Shown in pieces: positions 37,109 through 49,950 of a stretch of DNA of 64,000 bases. Source of the stretch: Squalus acanthias (taxonomy: Eukaryota); assembly GCA_030390025.1 (NCBI GenBank), contig CM059438.1:69070001-69134000 (forward strand). The letters are read 5' to 3'. Every line of letters starts with the position of its first letter. Within the stretch, counting starts at the first letter, position 1. The position numbers and the translations under genes were made by a program. The notes below the pieces were generated by a model. That model searched no databases, was not told where the DNA came from, and was given only the letters and a program-made list of their open reading frames with translations.

Positions 37109-39642
37109 TGTAAGGGGTTTCGCCGTGGCTCTGTGCTTAGCCTGGGTGCTAGTGCGGGGTTAGGCCTTGTTGCCTGTTCTGGTCTCCAGCCAGCCTGGTG
37201 ACACTAGACACCTGTGAGTGGTTCGACCCACTCGCCCTTACGGTTCTGACACTGGACTTAGGTGCGAGAGCAATAATGCAGAGAAAACTCAGGTAGACCT
37301 GGTTCAACAGTGCAAAATGGAAAATCTTTATTGCATATTATTCAAGATTACGAAATACATGCCATAAGCACAGATTAATGACAGTACAAACTTACATACA
37401 TTTATGCAACTAGGTTTAGGGAAACGAGGAGCGCACGACACATCGTAAAAGGGGACACACATTATAATTATCCTCAAAACATAAACCCTCCCCTATCAAT
37501 ACCTGTCCTAATCTAGATCTGTAGGATCGAGACTCATGCTCACCACTCGTGATAACTCGGAGAATTCCGAAACGCTGCTCGGATGTTTTCACCACAACAC
37601 CTGACTATTCACGTGTTGATCAGGGGTCCCTGTACCCCACTTGTTTACTCGCTTTGCTCCGGCTAGCAGGCTGGACCGTCTGCTGTCATGAAGATCTGTG
37701 TTGACCTCGGAATTCTGATACTACTCGAAAAAGAGTCTTCCTGTGCCCTACACCGGTTGTCGGTAGAACTCGAAGAAAAGTCTTCCAGGGCCAGTTGTGG
37801 AGTATCCGATAGAATTCGAAGAAGTGGTTAATCGATTTTTCGGGTGCGGTCGGGGTTTACTGACCGCGGCGGCACGTGTAGTCGTCTTCTTCTCTTCTTA
37901 TCTCATCTCATCTCATCTCCTCTCGGGCCTTCGGCTCCAACACCGTTTACCGACTTCTCGGGATGGTGCGCCCGCTTACCGGCCTTCGCAGACCAGCTCT
38001 CCACAGATCTTCGCGGCAAGCCATGAGGTTGACTCCCGGAAAATCAGCGGATCAGAGAATAAGGGGGAAAAATTAGGTCGCGCCCCATTTGGGGCGCAAA
38101 TATCGTCTGGACGCAAATATTAGCGCCTGGCGCTAATTATCGCCACTGACTGGAAACTTCACTTTTACCGCCCCGGGAGGTGAGTGGAGCGCTAAATCAG
38201 GCGCTGCACACCTGTCTTAAGGCGCAAAGGCCAAGGAGTGAGGCGCTAACTCAGAGCGCTGGCGAAGCTCATGTAATGTCAGTCAGCAATGGAACACACA
38301 CACAATGGCACAGGCCAGTTCTTAAAGGGGATGGTTAATCTTGCTTTCCATCCACATCCTGTTCATTGCAGCCTTGAATCTCGGCCTGGAGAGACTTGCA
38401 CATCAAATGTGCTGGAAAGAACAATGGAGAGTACCAGGCAAAGAGCTCAGAGTGCAGCTCCCACAGTCTCTGCTAAATCGATACAAGGAATGGCAAATCA
38501 AAATGAACCTGCAAAGTGCTGCTCAGTACCCAAAACTCCTTCACACAACGTTGAATCTCTCCAGAAGTCTCTCCCTCTCTCTCTCAGAATGCGTAGTTCA
38601 AAAATGCCACCAACAATAAAAGGCAGGAAGCGGTCACCTTTAAATAGCGCTCCCCCTTTCCCTTCATGATTGCAGAACGCGCCCCTCAACCTGTCGTTGC
38701 TAGCGTCAGGCGGTAAGGCAGGGGGCGCCGCTCAATTCCTGCTCCGGGGCACCACAAGGGCGTTGCACCATGGAATGACGTCACAATCTGCGCGCGCAGG
38801 TGGTCGCAGCGGTAAAGTTTAGCGCCGCCGCACAATGTCTAGTTAAGTTCCCGAGCGGCGCAAACATCGCTGCACCCGGGCGTTAGCGGCTTTGCGTCCC
38901 ATTAGCACCCTCTTAAGGCGCTAACGGGAGGCGCAACCAACTGAATTTTTACACCTAAGAGTCAAGAGTTCTCTAGCGAGTCAAAGGAATAAGAGAAAGA
39001 TGGACGTATGGACACTACAGTTATAGTACTGTAATTCCTTATCTCCCGCCCAATCTTAATGTCCATCTTTTGTCATGTTTTGGCGCTCAAACTTCTTGTA
39101 TGGGGTGGTACTTGTCGTTAATGGGTTTCGGTGATACTTGTAACTGTCTGAGTACCCGTTAATATTTCTCCCCTTGTGGAACCGGCTAAGAGTCTCCCTG
39201 GAGGGGTTTTGGGGGCCTCCGAATTCTTGCTGTGAGTACCCGCGAACGGCTCTCTCATCGTAGAGCCATGGGGAATTTGCGTATCAATGTCTTTTGGATG
39301 GGCCCTTAATTGTCCAGTACAATAGCTCTTATTTGCGCATGGAAAACCCGATTCCAGCACTTATATTCCTTGTTTGGGTGTTTAAAATGCAAAACGATCT
39401 CGTCTTGTCTCATCTCAATATGTTGAGTCCTGTCCGATCTTGCTGAAATGTTTATTGAAACGCCATCTTGTCTGCCTGCTGAAAAGTCTAGAAACTTCTG
39501 CCACGAGGCGTGGCAGCCATTTTACAGGCTGCTTGTGTCCGTTTTGAAACCTGACAGCATTTTGCTGAAATAAAGCTGTGTTTACGAAACTGAATGTCTC
39601 TTTCTCATTATTTTTAAATCGCGATAATTTGCGAATTCTACA
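37109..39642 (-). mobile_element. Solo LTR (~1.64 kb excluding the nested MITE)
   Basis: TGTA...TACA termini and 4-bp TSD ACAG (37105-37108 and 39643-39646). Minus-strand AATAAA at ~37327-37332. CpG-rich. Confidence 0.82.
38063..38955. mobile_element. MITE family C copy 2 (inverted relative to copy 1)
   Basis: TIRs GGGGGAAAAATT / AATTTTTACACC with perfect TAA TSD. Same internal ORFs as 26037-26930. Confidence 0.92.
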
Positions 39643-41016
39643 ACAGCAGGAGCGCCAACCTTCTCCTCAGCCACCTGATGATGAGTGAGCGAGCAGTGCC
39701 AAAGGAGGCTGAGACTTTTGCGAGATGTAGTCGCTGACACATGCACAATGCTGCACCAACACCTGGAGCACAGAGAGGGGTGTACACTCCTTACCAGTGG
39801 CTGTCAAAGTCACCACCGCACTCAACTTCTTTGCTTCGGGCTCCTTCCAGGGATTAGCAGCAGACATCAGCGGCATCTCCCAGTCGGCCGCACACACTTG
39901 CGTCACGCAGGTTATAGATGCTCTCTTTGCAAAGTCACATAATTACATCCACTTCTCCACGGATGAAGCAAGTGTAACCGCGCGTGCGGTTGGCTTTGCA
40001 AATATGGCAGGTTTCCCAAGGGTACAGGGCATCATAGACTACACACGTGTGGCCATTAGGGCACCCCATCACAACCCAGCTGTATTTGTCAACCGCAAGG
40101 GCTTCCACTCCCTTAATGTCCAGCTGGTGTGTAACCACAGGAGGAACATTATGCATGTTTGCGCCAAGTTCCCTGGCAGTTGCCATGACTCGCTCATCCT
40201 GCGACAGTCTGCTGTGCTTCAGCTCTTCAATCCGCCAAAACAACTTTCTAGATGGCTACTTGGAGACAAGGGCTATCCCCTGAAAAAGTGGCTAGTGACA
40301 CCATGCAGAGGTCATCAAATGAAGCTGAGGAGCGCTACAATGTGAGCCACATTTCCACCAGAAGCATCATAGAGCAAACCATCGGCTTGCTCAAAATGCG
40401 ATTCAGATGTCTCAACAGATCGCACCAGCCAGGGTCTCTAGAGTCATTGTCGTCTGCTGTGCCCTGCACAACATCGCTCAACAGCGTGGCTTAGCGCTGC
40501 CTGAGGAACAAGTGGCTCAGTGCACAGCCTCCTCGGAAGAAGAGGAGGAGGAGGAGTAGGAGGAGGAGGAGTAAGAGGAGGAGGAGGAGGACGAGGACAA
40601 GGATGAGGAGGAGGCGGAGGTGGCAGATGAGGGACAGCTTGCGGGGCCAGATGTGCCAATTCCACCAGCACGCGACCACATTGCTGGCCGTCATACAAGG
40701 GATGCATTCACCCATGCCAGATTCGTGTAAGCTTACACTTCAACCGCAGGTGGCTGGCAGATAGAGGTTAATGTCTGGATGACCTTCTTAACACGCCATA
40801 CATCATCTGTCCAATAAACGGTGCTTTCCTAACACTCTCACCACCATCATTACAAATGCACATCGCCCTGAGCCCTCACTGTGCAACTTCCATTTCTCAG
40901 CACAAATGGGCCAAATCTTCAATTCTTCGCCATCACGTTTGTTTAATAAAATGACAATTAGGATGACAATCGCTACTTTGTTACACAAGAAAACACCCAA
41001 GTGACTATCCTTGTGA

Positions 41017-42930
41017 CTATTTGTCTGTTAACTTTCTCTTACGCGTGCTTCTACGTGGTGCTTCCCCTGTGGCTTCAGCAGATGTAGAGGCACCTTGCTC
41101 ACTTTTATGCTGTGCCTGCTTAGACGCCTTTGGCGGGCACCCTCTGGGTTTGGGAGCCTGGGAGGGCTCTGCAACAGTCTGCTCTTCCTGCGGCTGTGCA
41201 GAGGCTGCGACGGCCATCTCAGTTGGGTGCGGAATCTGGGTCTCTGACTGAGGACTCCGCAGTGGCATGGTCGTGTGAGCACTTGGAGAGGAGCCCACAC
41301 TTCCTTTTGCCTGCCACCAACATCCCTCTCATGGGTCAGCCGCACTTTAGTGCTAGCAAGTGGCTGGAGAACACCTTGCTGCACATCAGTGGGACCATGA
41401 GGACCCGTGTCTGTACTGACAGTCCTCATAACAGGGACGTCCATGTACCTCTGGTGTCTCTCCTCAATAGATGCCCATCTATCCTCCATAGCAGGCCATC
41501 TATTTAGAAGAGTCACCATGCTCTGTTGAGTCTGGCGAGTTATGTCCTCAATGGAGGTTGCCACCCTCTCTATGGCGGCACGTTCATGCGCCATTGCCTC
41601 CACCAAGGCAGTACTCATGTTTGAGATGGACTCCTCCATTTTCTGCACACTCGCAGTTACCGTGGATGCAGATCCTGTCAGAAACTACTGAACCTGTTCC
41701 TGGAGTTCCAGCACCTCTCTCTTTCTGGATGGCCCCAGAGGCACAGCGTCTACATGCAGCTGAGCAGAGCTAGGAGTGTCCTCCGACCTCTGATGAGGAA
41801 TCTCCACTGCTGTCGCTGTCTCCACTATCTGCTGCTGCTCACTTGTGAGCTGTGATACACCAGGTGACAACACTACTCTATGTCGCAAAGGACCCGCCGA
41901 GGTGTGCATATCTGCGTTGGTGCTGGGTGCGCTGAGTCCTGGTGATGCTGCTCCCTCCGAGGCCCCAGGTTCCTCTGAGGAGTCATCCGGTTCTTCCTCC
42001 TGGACAGTGGGGAGGGGGGCACTCTATGGTCCTGTGGGAGAGTAAAGGCATGAGATAGACATGTGATATTTAGGTAGCAGACACATCCTATTGAGCAGAT
42101 GATCAAAAGTAAATCTCTATGAACATCAGATGCCATTTCAGTCAATCATGAAATCTAAATGAGAGGATTGCAAATCTATTCTGTCACCAGCTTCCTCTAT
42201 TGTGCCCGTCTCTCCTTCCCCCACTTTCAGCTCCTCGCCACCTCCCACGATGTTGTGAGCAGCCTCCTCAGCGCTTGTCAAAGTTGCCAGGTATGGTGGC
42301 CCTCCTCCTGTCCTCCCTCTCTCCCTCTTATTGTGGGCTGTCATTTCCTACAATAAGGGAAACAAGTGGAGTTTCAGCGAGATTGATGGAGTGAGTGTAA
42401 AGAATCCATAACAGAGAAGCTTCGAGGGAGACCAAGATGGAGTGAGGTGGCAAGGGGAAGGTGCCTCCCTGTGCGTTGTTAGTTGTTGTCATTGCGTAAC
42501 AGTGAGAGCGAGTGTGAAGGGTGCATAGTAGGATGGTGAATTGATGCAGTGCAGAGAGAGAGATGAATAGGTAAGGGTGCAAGGGAAGTAAGGGTAAGGT
42601 GGGATGTGGAGGAGCAGGCTGACAATGCAGAGTGCTGGTGATGAGAAGAGAAGGGAAGCAGATTGAAGGTAAGTGTGATGTGATACTCACTTTTGCTGAG
42701 CGTAGCAGATCATTGAACCGTTTTCGGCACTGCCCCCAGGTGCGTGAGCATCAGGACCTTGCTCTGACCTCCTCAGCAACTTGCAGCCAGGCTGCCTTTG
42801 TCTACTGAATAGGCTTCTTTTGGCCATCGGGAGGGAACAGAATCTCCCTGCGCCCTCTTACTCCCTCCGCAAGAGCTTGGAGGGAGTCTTCATCAAAACG
42901 AGGAGCAGCCTTTGCTCTTGCAGCAGTCAT
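41017..42930 (-). pseudogene. Harbinger Myb/SANT-like DNA-binding gene, three exons (42930-42691, 42347-42188, 42031-41017), with stops and frameshifts
   Basis: Exon 1 reads MTAARAKAAPRFDEDSLQAL..WLQVAEEV..RTWGQCRKRFNDLLRSAK with two stops. GT-AG introns. Exon 2 reads EMTAHNKRERGRTGGG. Basic C-terminus RRSTRKRK. Confidence 0.85.
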
Positions 42931-43773
42931 ATTGACCTGGGCCAATTTCCCGACCAGCACATGCAAAATGAGAAGCTAAGGCTACATGGACCCCTTAAAA
43001 ACTACTGAATGAATGACGTCAGCAGAGGCGAACAGCAGACCCGCTCCCACTCATTGGGCCGGGTAGCGCGCACGGCGGGCTTAATGAGCCCACTTAATGC
43101 AAAATCGTTTTTTGGAAGCAGCTGAAACCGGCAGCGGGACCGGAGCCCACCCACCAGGCAACCCGACTCCAACCCGCCTCCTCCAATAAAACCACAGCCT
43201 GGGTGTTCACTCGACTGAAAAGACTGATTTTTAACTGTGGTGACGCCAGAATGAAGAGGGATGGGGATTTTTTGTTTGGTTTTGTGAATATAAACGACAG
43301 AAAGGACAGCTTTATTTTTTACCTGATTTTCTTTCAGGTAATATATAAGCTGCTTAGATCACCAGTTGATAATAGTTAAAATGTAAGATTAGAACATAAG
43401 AACAGAAGAATTAGGATTACAGCCCCTCGAGCCTGCACCTCCATTCAATAAGATCATGGCTGATCATCGACCTCAACTCCACTTTCCCACCCGATCCCCA
43501 TATCCCTTGATTACCTTAGAGTCCAAAAATCTGTCGATCTCAGCCTTGAATATACTCAATGACTCAGCATCCACAACCCTCTGGGGTAGAGAATTCCAAA
43601 GATTCACAACCCTCTGAGTAAAGAAATTTCTACTCATCTCGGTCCTAAAAGGTCGACACCTTTTCCTGAGACTATGTCCCCTAGTTCTAGACTCTCCCGC
43701 CAAAGGAAACAACTTCTCAACATCTACCTGGTCAAGCCCTCTCAGAATCTTGTATGTTTCAATGAGATCACCT

Positions 43774-45650
43774 TGTAAAGGAATAGCCATATTTCAGAAA
43801 AATACACCATCCTATGAACAGAATTCTGACTTTATTAAAATATGACAAACTGGATTTAAAAATCTAAAAGCCTCAACAACACTGAGATAAGATGAGCTTG
43901 TTAACACAAAGCTGTAAACACCATACAAGCTTTTGAAATGGGAAATGGTTATTGACACTGAGACAATGGCCCTATTAAAGAAGAAAAGAGTTGGTTCCAA
44001 GAAGTCTGCAGTTTGGAACCAATACAATAGCTATACCCAGTTTAAAGTGTTAAAAGCTAACACTTCGAACAGAAACACAGGACATTGAAAAAACCATGTG
44101 TCTTTGTAAAAGTAACATCAAATGAAAGACAGGAAACATAAGTTTGTAATATAACCAACTAAGATGGCTGGGGAAACAATTAAGTACTCAGTTGAAGTGT
44201 TTTTGATTTACATATTGTAAAAGGTACAAACAGAAGACTTTGTAAATATTACATCAATAGATGTACCAAGCAATCACATTGTTTATGTGTTGAAGTTGGA
44301 AAACACGGAGACGCAAAGTCTGTAATACAAGCAGCTAAACTGATTTAAAAATTCAATAGAAAACCTTCGTAAGAATGGCATCAAATAGATAAATCTGTTA
44401 TACCATATTTTATGATAGGATTTGAACACCTAAAGGTAAAGACAGAATTCTGCAAGTTAACATGGGCAACACGGTGGCATAGTGGTTAGCACTGGTGCCT
44501 CACAGCGCCAGAGACCCGGGTTCGAATCTGACCTCGGGTGACTGTCTGTGTGGAGTTTGCACATTCTCCCCGTGTCTGCGTGGGTTTCCTCCGGGTGCTC
44601 CGGTTTCCTCCCACAGTCCAAAAATGTGTGGGTTAGGTTGATTTGGCTATGATAAATTGACCCTTAGTGTTAGGGGGGATTAAATATGTGGGGTTATGGG
44701 GATAGGATGGGATATGTTAGGGGGAATTAAATACGTGGGGTTACGGGGGTAGGGTGGGATATGTGTACTGTGGGGATTAAAGCAGGGACAGGGTACTGGA
44801 TTTGGATGATCAGCCATGATCGTATTGAATGGCGGAGCAGGCTCGACGGGCCGAATGGCCTACTCCTGCTCCTAGATTCTATGTTTCTATGTTAACAGCT
44901 GAACTGACAGTAAGATTAGAAAGAAGTCAACAGAGAGATGACTAGAGATAATTAGCTTACATCAGCAGAAAACTTCAAAGAATATGCCACTGCAAAAAGG
45001 GTATAAAATATAGAGCCTTCAGATAGGAAGTCAGAAGTCGCTGGAACGGGCAGGCGATTCTCAGCTTCAGAGGCAGGCTCTGTAAGTTTTTAACTCTTTG
45101 AGTCTCGGGGATCAAAAGGTACTTTTATTTGATTTTGGTGGATATTCTGGATTAAGAATAAGTAGAAATGTAAAAATGTAACAAAGTTAAGATTTGAGAA
45201 TAAGGATCTCTGAGAATAGAATTGTAAGCTATTTGTATTTTGAACTGTTAAAGTTGCGATTGACTCACCAACTGTTAACTAAATGTTGGTTCTTTTAATA
45301 AATCTATATATTTTTAGAATTGTCTCACAGAGAACTTCTGTATCAAACTCGCAAACTCAATCTCTGTACACTCTTTTGTGAGGAGTTGCAGAATTCTGGG
45401 GGAGTTTTCCAGACCCTCATAATATCCGGAAGGTTACAGTCTAGTTAAACTTATTAAAAGTGCTATCTGGAGGACGGTAACATCTTCAAGTCATTTCTTT
45501 CCTTTAGGGAGAGATAGTCTGAACCTTTAGACCCAATTAAGCGTCTTATAGGATTCGGCTATCTCTAACTTTAGTTGAAGAGGAACATCTGGGGAATACG
45601 CCTGATGCGGGGTAGCCCGAAAAGGACTAGGACTAGTAATTATCCCTTCA
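43774..45650 (+). mobile_element. Solo LTR (~1.44 kb excluding the nested SINE)
   Basis: TG...CA ends with imperfect inverted repeat (TGTAAAGGAATA / TATCCCTTCA), 4-bp TSD ACCT, TATAAAA at 45002 and AATAAA at 45297. Confidence 0.82.
44463..44890 (+). mobile_element. HE1-type V-SINE (tRNA-derived, CR1-type tail)
   Basis: A box TGGCATAGTGG, B box GGTTCGAATC and V-domain GTGGAGTTTGCACATTCTCCCCGTGTCTGCGTGGGTTTCCTCCGGGTGCTCCGGTTTCCTCCCACA. Tail matches CR1 3' UTRs. TSD GTTAACA. Confidence 0.93.
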
Positions 45651-47251
45651 ACCTCTCTCCTCTTAGGACAACCCTCTCATCCCAGGAATCAATCTAGTGA
45701 ACATTCATTGCACTCCCTCTAAGGCAAGTATATCTTTCCTTAGGTATGGAGACTAAAACTGTGCACAGTACTCCAGGTGTGGTTTCACCAAAGCCCTGTA
45801 CAATTGCAACAAGTCTTCCTTGCTCTTGTACTCCAAACCCCTTGCAATAAAGGCCAACATACCATTTGCCTTCCTAATTGCTTGCTGTACTTGCATGTTA
45901 ACTTTCTGTGTTTCGTGTACAAGGGCACCTAAATTCCTTTGAACACCAACATTTAATAGTTTCTCACCATTTAAAAAATATTCTGTTTTTCTATTCTTCC
46001 TACCAAAGTGAGTGACCTCACACATCCCCACATTATACTCCATCTGCCACCTTCTTGCTCACTCACTTAAACTTTCTATATCCCTCCTCACAGCTTACTT
46101 TCCCACCTAGCCTTGTATTGTCAGCAAACTTGGATACATTAAACTCGGTCCCATCATCTAAGTCATTAATACAGATTGTAAATAGCTGAGGCCCCAGCAC
46201 TGATCCATGCGACACCCCACTAGTAACAGCCTACCAACCTGAAAATGACCTGTTTATTCCTACTCTCTGTTTTCTGTCCTTTAACTAATCCTCTATCCAT
46301 GCTAATATATTACCCCCAACCCCGTGAGCCCTTGTCTTGTGTAACAACCTTTCGTGTGGCACCTTATCGAATGCCTTTTGAAAATTCAAATATACTGCAT
46401 CCACTGGTTCCCCTTTATCTACCTATTAGTTACATCCTCAAAAAACTATAGATTTGTCAAACATGATTTCCCTTTCATAAAACCATGTTGACTCTGCCTA
46501 ATCATATGATGATTTTCTAAATGCCCTGTTACCACTTCCTGAATAATAATAATTACCTGAATAAATTTGGTCTCCAGTTCATTTTGGAATTATTTCTGAA
46601 ATAGTCAGTCAGAAATCCTGTCAGGAGACAAACAGCCTTTCACTTGCAGTGAGAAAATGTGACTGAAGTATGATGGAAAATTGTGCACAGTGCCAATACT
46701 CTCACTGTGGGATCTCCCTGAAGCTAATCGAATAATAGCTGTGGATCTAAGTATTGACTTCAAATATTTCAGAGGCTGAGATTTTCATTTAAAAACATGA
46801 ATGCGCTGCTTAAGCACACAAAAGACTACTTAGTATGTCAGTGTAATCAAGTTATCACAAAATAAGTGATTTATTTCACATTTTTATTAAGTTGGAAACC
46901 TTATTTTGGACCTCAGAAATTTCAGTTGTTGTGGAAAAATGATGGGCAAAAATAATTGGAATTTTTTGAACAGTTTTATGGTTCACTAGCAAGCCTTCTG
47001 GTCTTCTACCAAATTAATGTGAGTGAATCCTAATTAATTATTTTGCAGGTCACCAAGTAAGGAAATCAATCAACTGAAAGAAGTTAGAATTAATTTTAAA
47101 ATTGCTTTGCGCATCTTTAAAAATAAATTAATTTGATTGGAAGATTGAGATAATCAGAGGTAATTAGAAGAAATAGGGCTAAAAATAGTAACGTCAAAGT
47201 GTGATAAAGTAAATGTTGCGCTTCCTTGAACTGTATGCTGCACATTATGCC

Positions 47252-47385
47252 ACTGGCAAGGCCAGCATTTATTGCCCATCCCTCATTGCCTTTGAGAAGT
47301 TGCTGAAGATGCTTGCACAGTGCCATTAGGTCGGGAGTTCTGGGATTTTGACACAGTGACAATGTAGGAACTGTACAGTTCATTT
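47252..47385 (-). mobile_element. LINE family B 3' fragment
   Basis: CTGGCAAGGCCAGCATTTATTGCCCATCCC is identical to ~15709-15738 and ~59565-59594. Confidence 0.75.
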
Positions 47386-49193
47386 CAGTGTAACATTTAC
47401 TTTCTGTCATACTTCTCTGCCACAATTACAGATGAGACAGCAATAATCACGGAAGGTAAAGTTGTGAGTCCTAGATGACAGCAGGAAGACATGCCCGCTA
47501 GTAGCGCAAATCAGAAATTTGGGCAGGCAAGTCAGAAAATGGTTGGAAAGTTGAAGGCAGTATGTTCCCATACTTCTAATTTGTGTGGTGAGGCAGCAGT
47601 GTGAAATTGCTAAATTGCCCCCACTGTGTTGTCATTTGTTTTTTTAAGATCACTTCAGTGCTCCCGGAATGATGCTAGTGTGAAACAGCACTGGGTGTTA
47701 AGCCCAGCACTTCTTTTGTCTTAGCATTAACCCCAGCACACCCTACTTCAGCATTAAGCCACTGGAGGAAAACAAATCTGTATTTTATTGTTGTATTGCC
47801 CCATTAGCAGGCGATTCTTTTACATTTTTGGACTCTTGGTGATGGCAACCAACATCGGGATACATTGGACAATGAGTTAAGAACCAAAATAGAAGCTGCA
47901 ATTACATTTAAGCCTAAATTTTGAATTCAGGAATTTAGCATTATTTATTGGGTATAGAATGGAAGCATTGGAGACAAGTTCTAAAATATGTAAGTAATCT
48001 TGTACATTTGCTGTGCTCTCTGTACTAGTGAATAAATTAAATGATAACATAATGGTTAAACAACCTCCAAATTTAGCATTACAAATTAATCCAAAAAATT
48101 CTCCGACATATATAAAAAGGTTGACATTAAAACCTTGGGGAAATTAGTCAGCACTCACAAAGAAGTGAGATGTCAATAGTGGAGAAGTGTATGAATAGTT
48201 AATCAATCATACCACATCCAAGAGGTAATGAAGCTGTTGCTGTGGTGGAAAAGAATCTGCGGTGCTGAGGTTGCACCAAGCGTGGAATTGGGTAGTTGAA
48301 GTGATTTTGTTACATTGTGAAGGATTAGAATGACAGCTCCTTGTGGAGCTGGTGAGTTGATCCTTCAGGATTTCATGAGATCTAATTGCTGGCTGATTTT
48401 ATTCTTCTGGGATGTGCCGGCTTGAATGCCCGAAGAATTTTGGAGAGAGAATTTTTTCGAAATGGGAAAAAGCCAGAACCGTTAACAGAGCAACTGACAT
48501 CTGATCTGGACATCTTGGAGATTGACACAAAACAACACTAGGTTCTCCACATACTGGAATTCGCCACAGTTGACTTTTGGTGTCAACACTGTGGATCCAG
48601 CGCACAAGAATTTCGCACATTGCTGAGCAGAGCAGGGAGATCCATTCCCTTCCTCCATCCCACTTCTCCGCCATCCAAGGGAAAGGGCCGTGATCTATTG
48701 ATGGTTATTCCAGATTGAGCGATCAAAATGTGGCTCAAATTTGTCTCAATTTATCTGAATCTATTTGGGCAATCAAAATTTGGACTGATTCGAATAATGA
48801 GATTATGTCTCCCTTGTAATAAAATAGTGACATGAAACACTGCATGCACATGTAATATTGGTGAGAATTGAACTGAGGGAGAGGTACACTGCCTTATGGT
48901 TAGGATGTATCTGTGATTTCTGGTCAAAGGGGAATATGTGATGTTGTGAAGCTTCATTTAACCACTGAAGTCTTGAGGCAAATAAAGTTTGTAATATCAG
49001 AGCTGACCTGTTATTTCAACCTACTTTATGCAGATGAAGCCTCTTCATTGTACCTATACAGTTACCCATAATACTTATACCATGATAAAACTTGTTTCCA
49101 CTCTCTCAGGTGTGACAGTTCATATTTTTATTTGGACTGTCAATCATACTTTGCATTTATCAAAATGCTCATCCATGCTTCTCAAAACATTAT

Positions 49194-49950
49194 GGCCCGG
49201 ATTTTGCTTAGATAATAATGGTGAGGCTAACAGCGCTCACTGTTATAATGGAGAAAATCTGACAGCAACTTCTGGTGACCGCACATGCGCAGTTAAACGC
49301 AGAAATCCGGAAGTTACTGTCAGATACCCCGCTCTTCCACAGGGTGCGCTGTTGCATCCTCACCGAATGACTCGGCACTGAAATCACTATAACGGCATGC
49401 AATTGCTTTACTTGCCCACGAGTTCCCCACTAAAGATGCCAGAAAACGTTAGGAGTAAGTGAATTTTTAATGGCGTGATAAGTGATAATTACTGCCAAAC
49501 AACCTCTCTGGCCCTGAACTGTTAATTTTACAAGTGTGGAGTATCATTCCTTCATTAGTGTTGGAGATTTTTTTTAAGTAAAAATTCATTTTTTTTTACT
49601 TTTTCTGCCTTTCTCTTTTATCTTTCTTTTTTAATCCCATCTGTCTTTCCCAATCTTTATTTAGCTTTCTGTACATGATTTAAATCTAACTTATATTTCC
49701 TGATTTATACTTCTTGGTTTGGACTCTGTGTGCCTCAGTGAGGATTCTTCAATCTGATTGGTTGAAGAACCACGCTTTTTCTTGCCCTGCTCACAGATGC
49801 CACAGATCCCCTGTAGAGGGCGCCGCACTGGCTCTGCCGGTGGATTAGAGCAAGTCTGTGCTCAAAAGCCCGAGAAAACATTGTGGGCAGCTGTCAGTGA
49901 GTTGAACGGCGAACACCGTTCCTTCGCCGTTGACCGCAAAATCCGACGTC
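49194..49950. mobile_element. MITE family A, uninterrupted copy
   Basis: GGCCCGGATTTTGC / GCAAAATCCG ends and reverse-complement homology to 13885-14105 plus 18998-19549. Confidence 0.82.

Larger units (their letters stand above)
37013..40730 (+). pseudogene. Harbinger DDE transposase (HARBI1-like), interrupted at 37109-39642 and frameshifted
   Basis: ORF 39797-40345 ([51 protein letters not shown]), then RSIIEQTIGLLKMRFRCL and a poly-Glu tail. The Gln-rich N-terminus continues across the LTR. Confidence 0.92.
36572..43199. mobile_element. Near full-length PIF/Harbinger transposon with convergent transposase and Myb genes, disabled and split by a solo LTR
   Basis: Two convergent pseudogenes, GGCGGGTT(T)GGAG subterminal motifs at both ends and degenerate TIRs. 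Confidence 0.85.
43391..46540 (-). mobile_element. CR1 3' portion split by a solo LTR
   Basis: ORFs 43473-43790 (GDLIETYKIL..WNSLPQ) and 45753-46043 (KANGMLAFIARG..PHLEYC), with tail at ~43391. Confidence 0.9.

Noticed and set aside
39797..40494. Domesticated host HARBI1 gene
   Set aside because: It has frameshifts, an LTR insertion, a convergent Myb pseudogene and transposon ends, so it is a dead transposon.
44463..44535. tRNA gene
   Set aside because: It is the tRNA-derived head of a SINE, continuing into the V-domain and LINE tail.
48555..48600. miRNA-like hairpin
   Set aside because: The stem is short and bulged, and no mature sequence is recognised.
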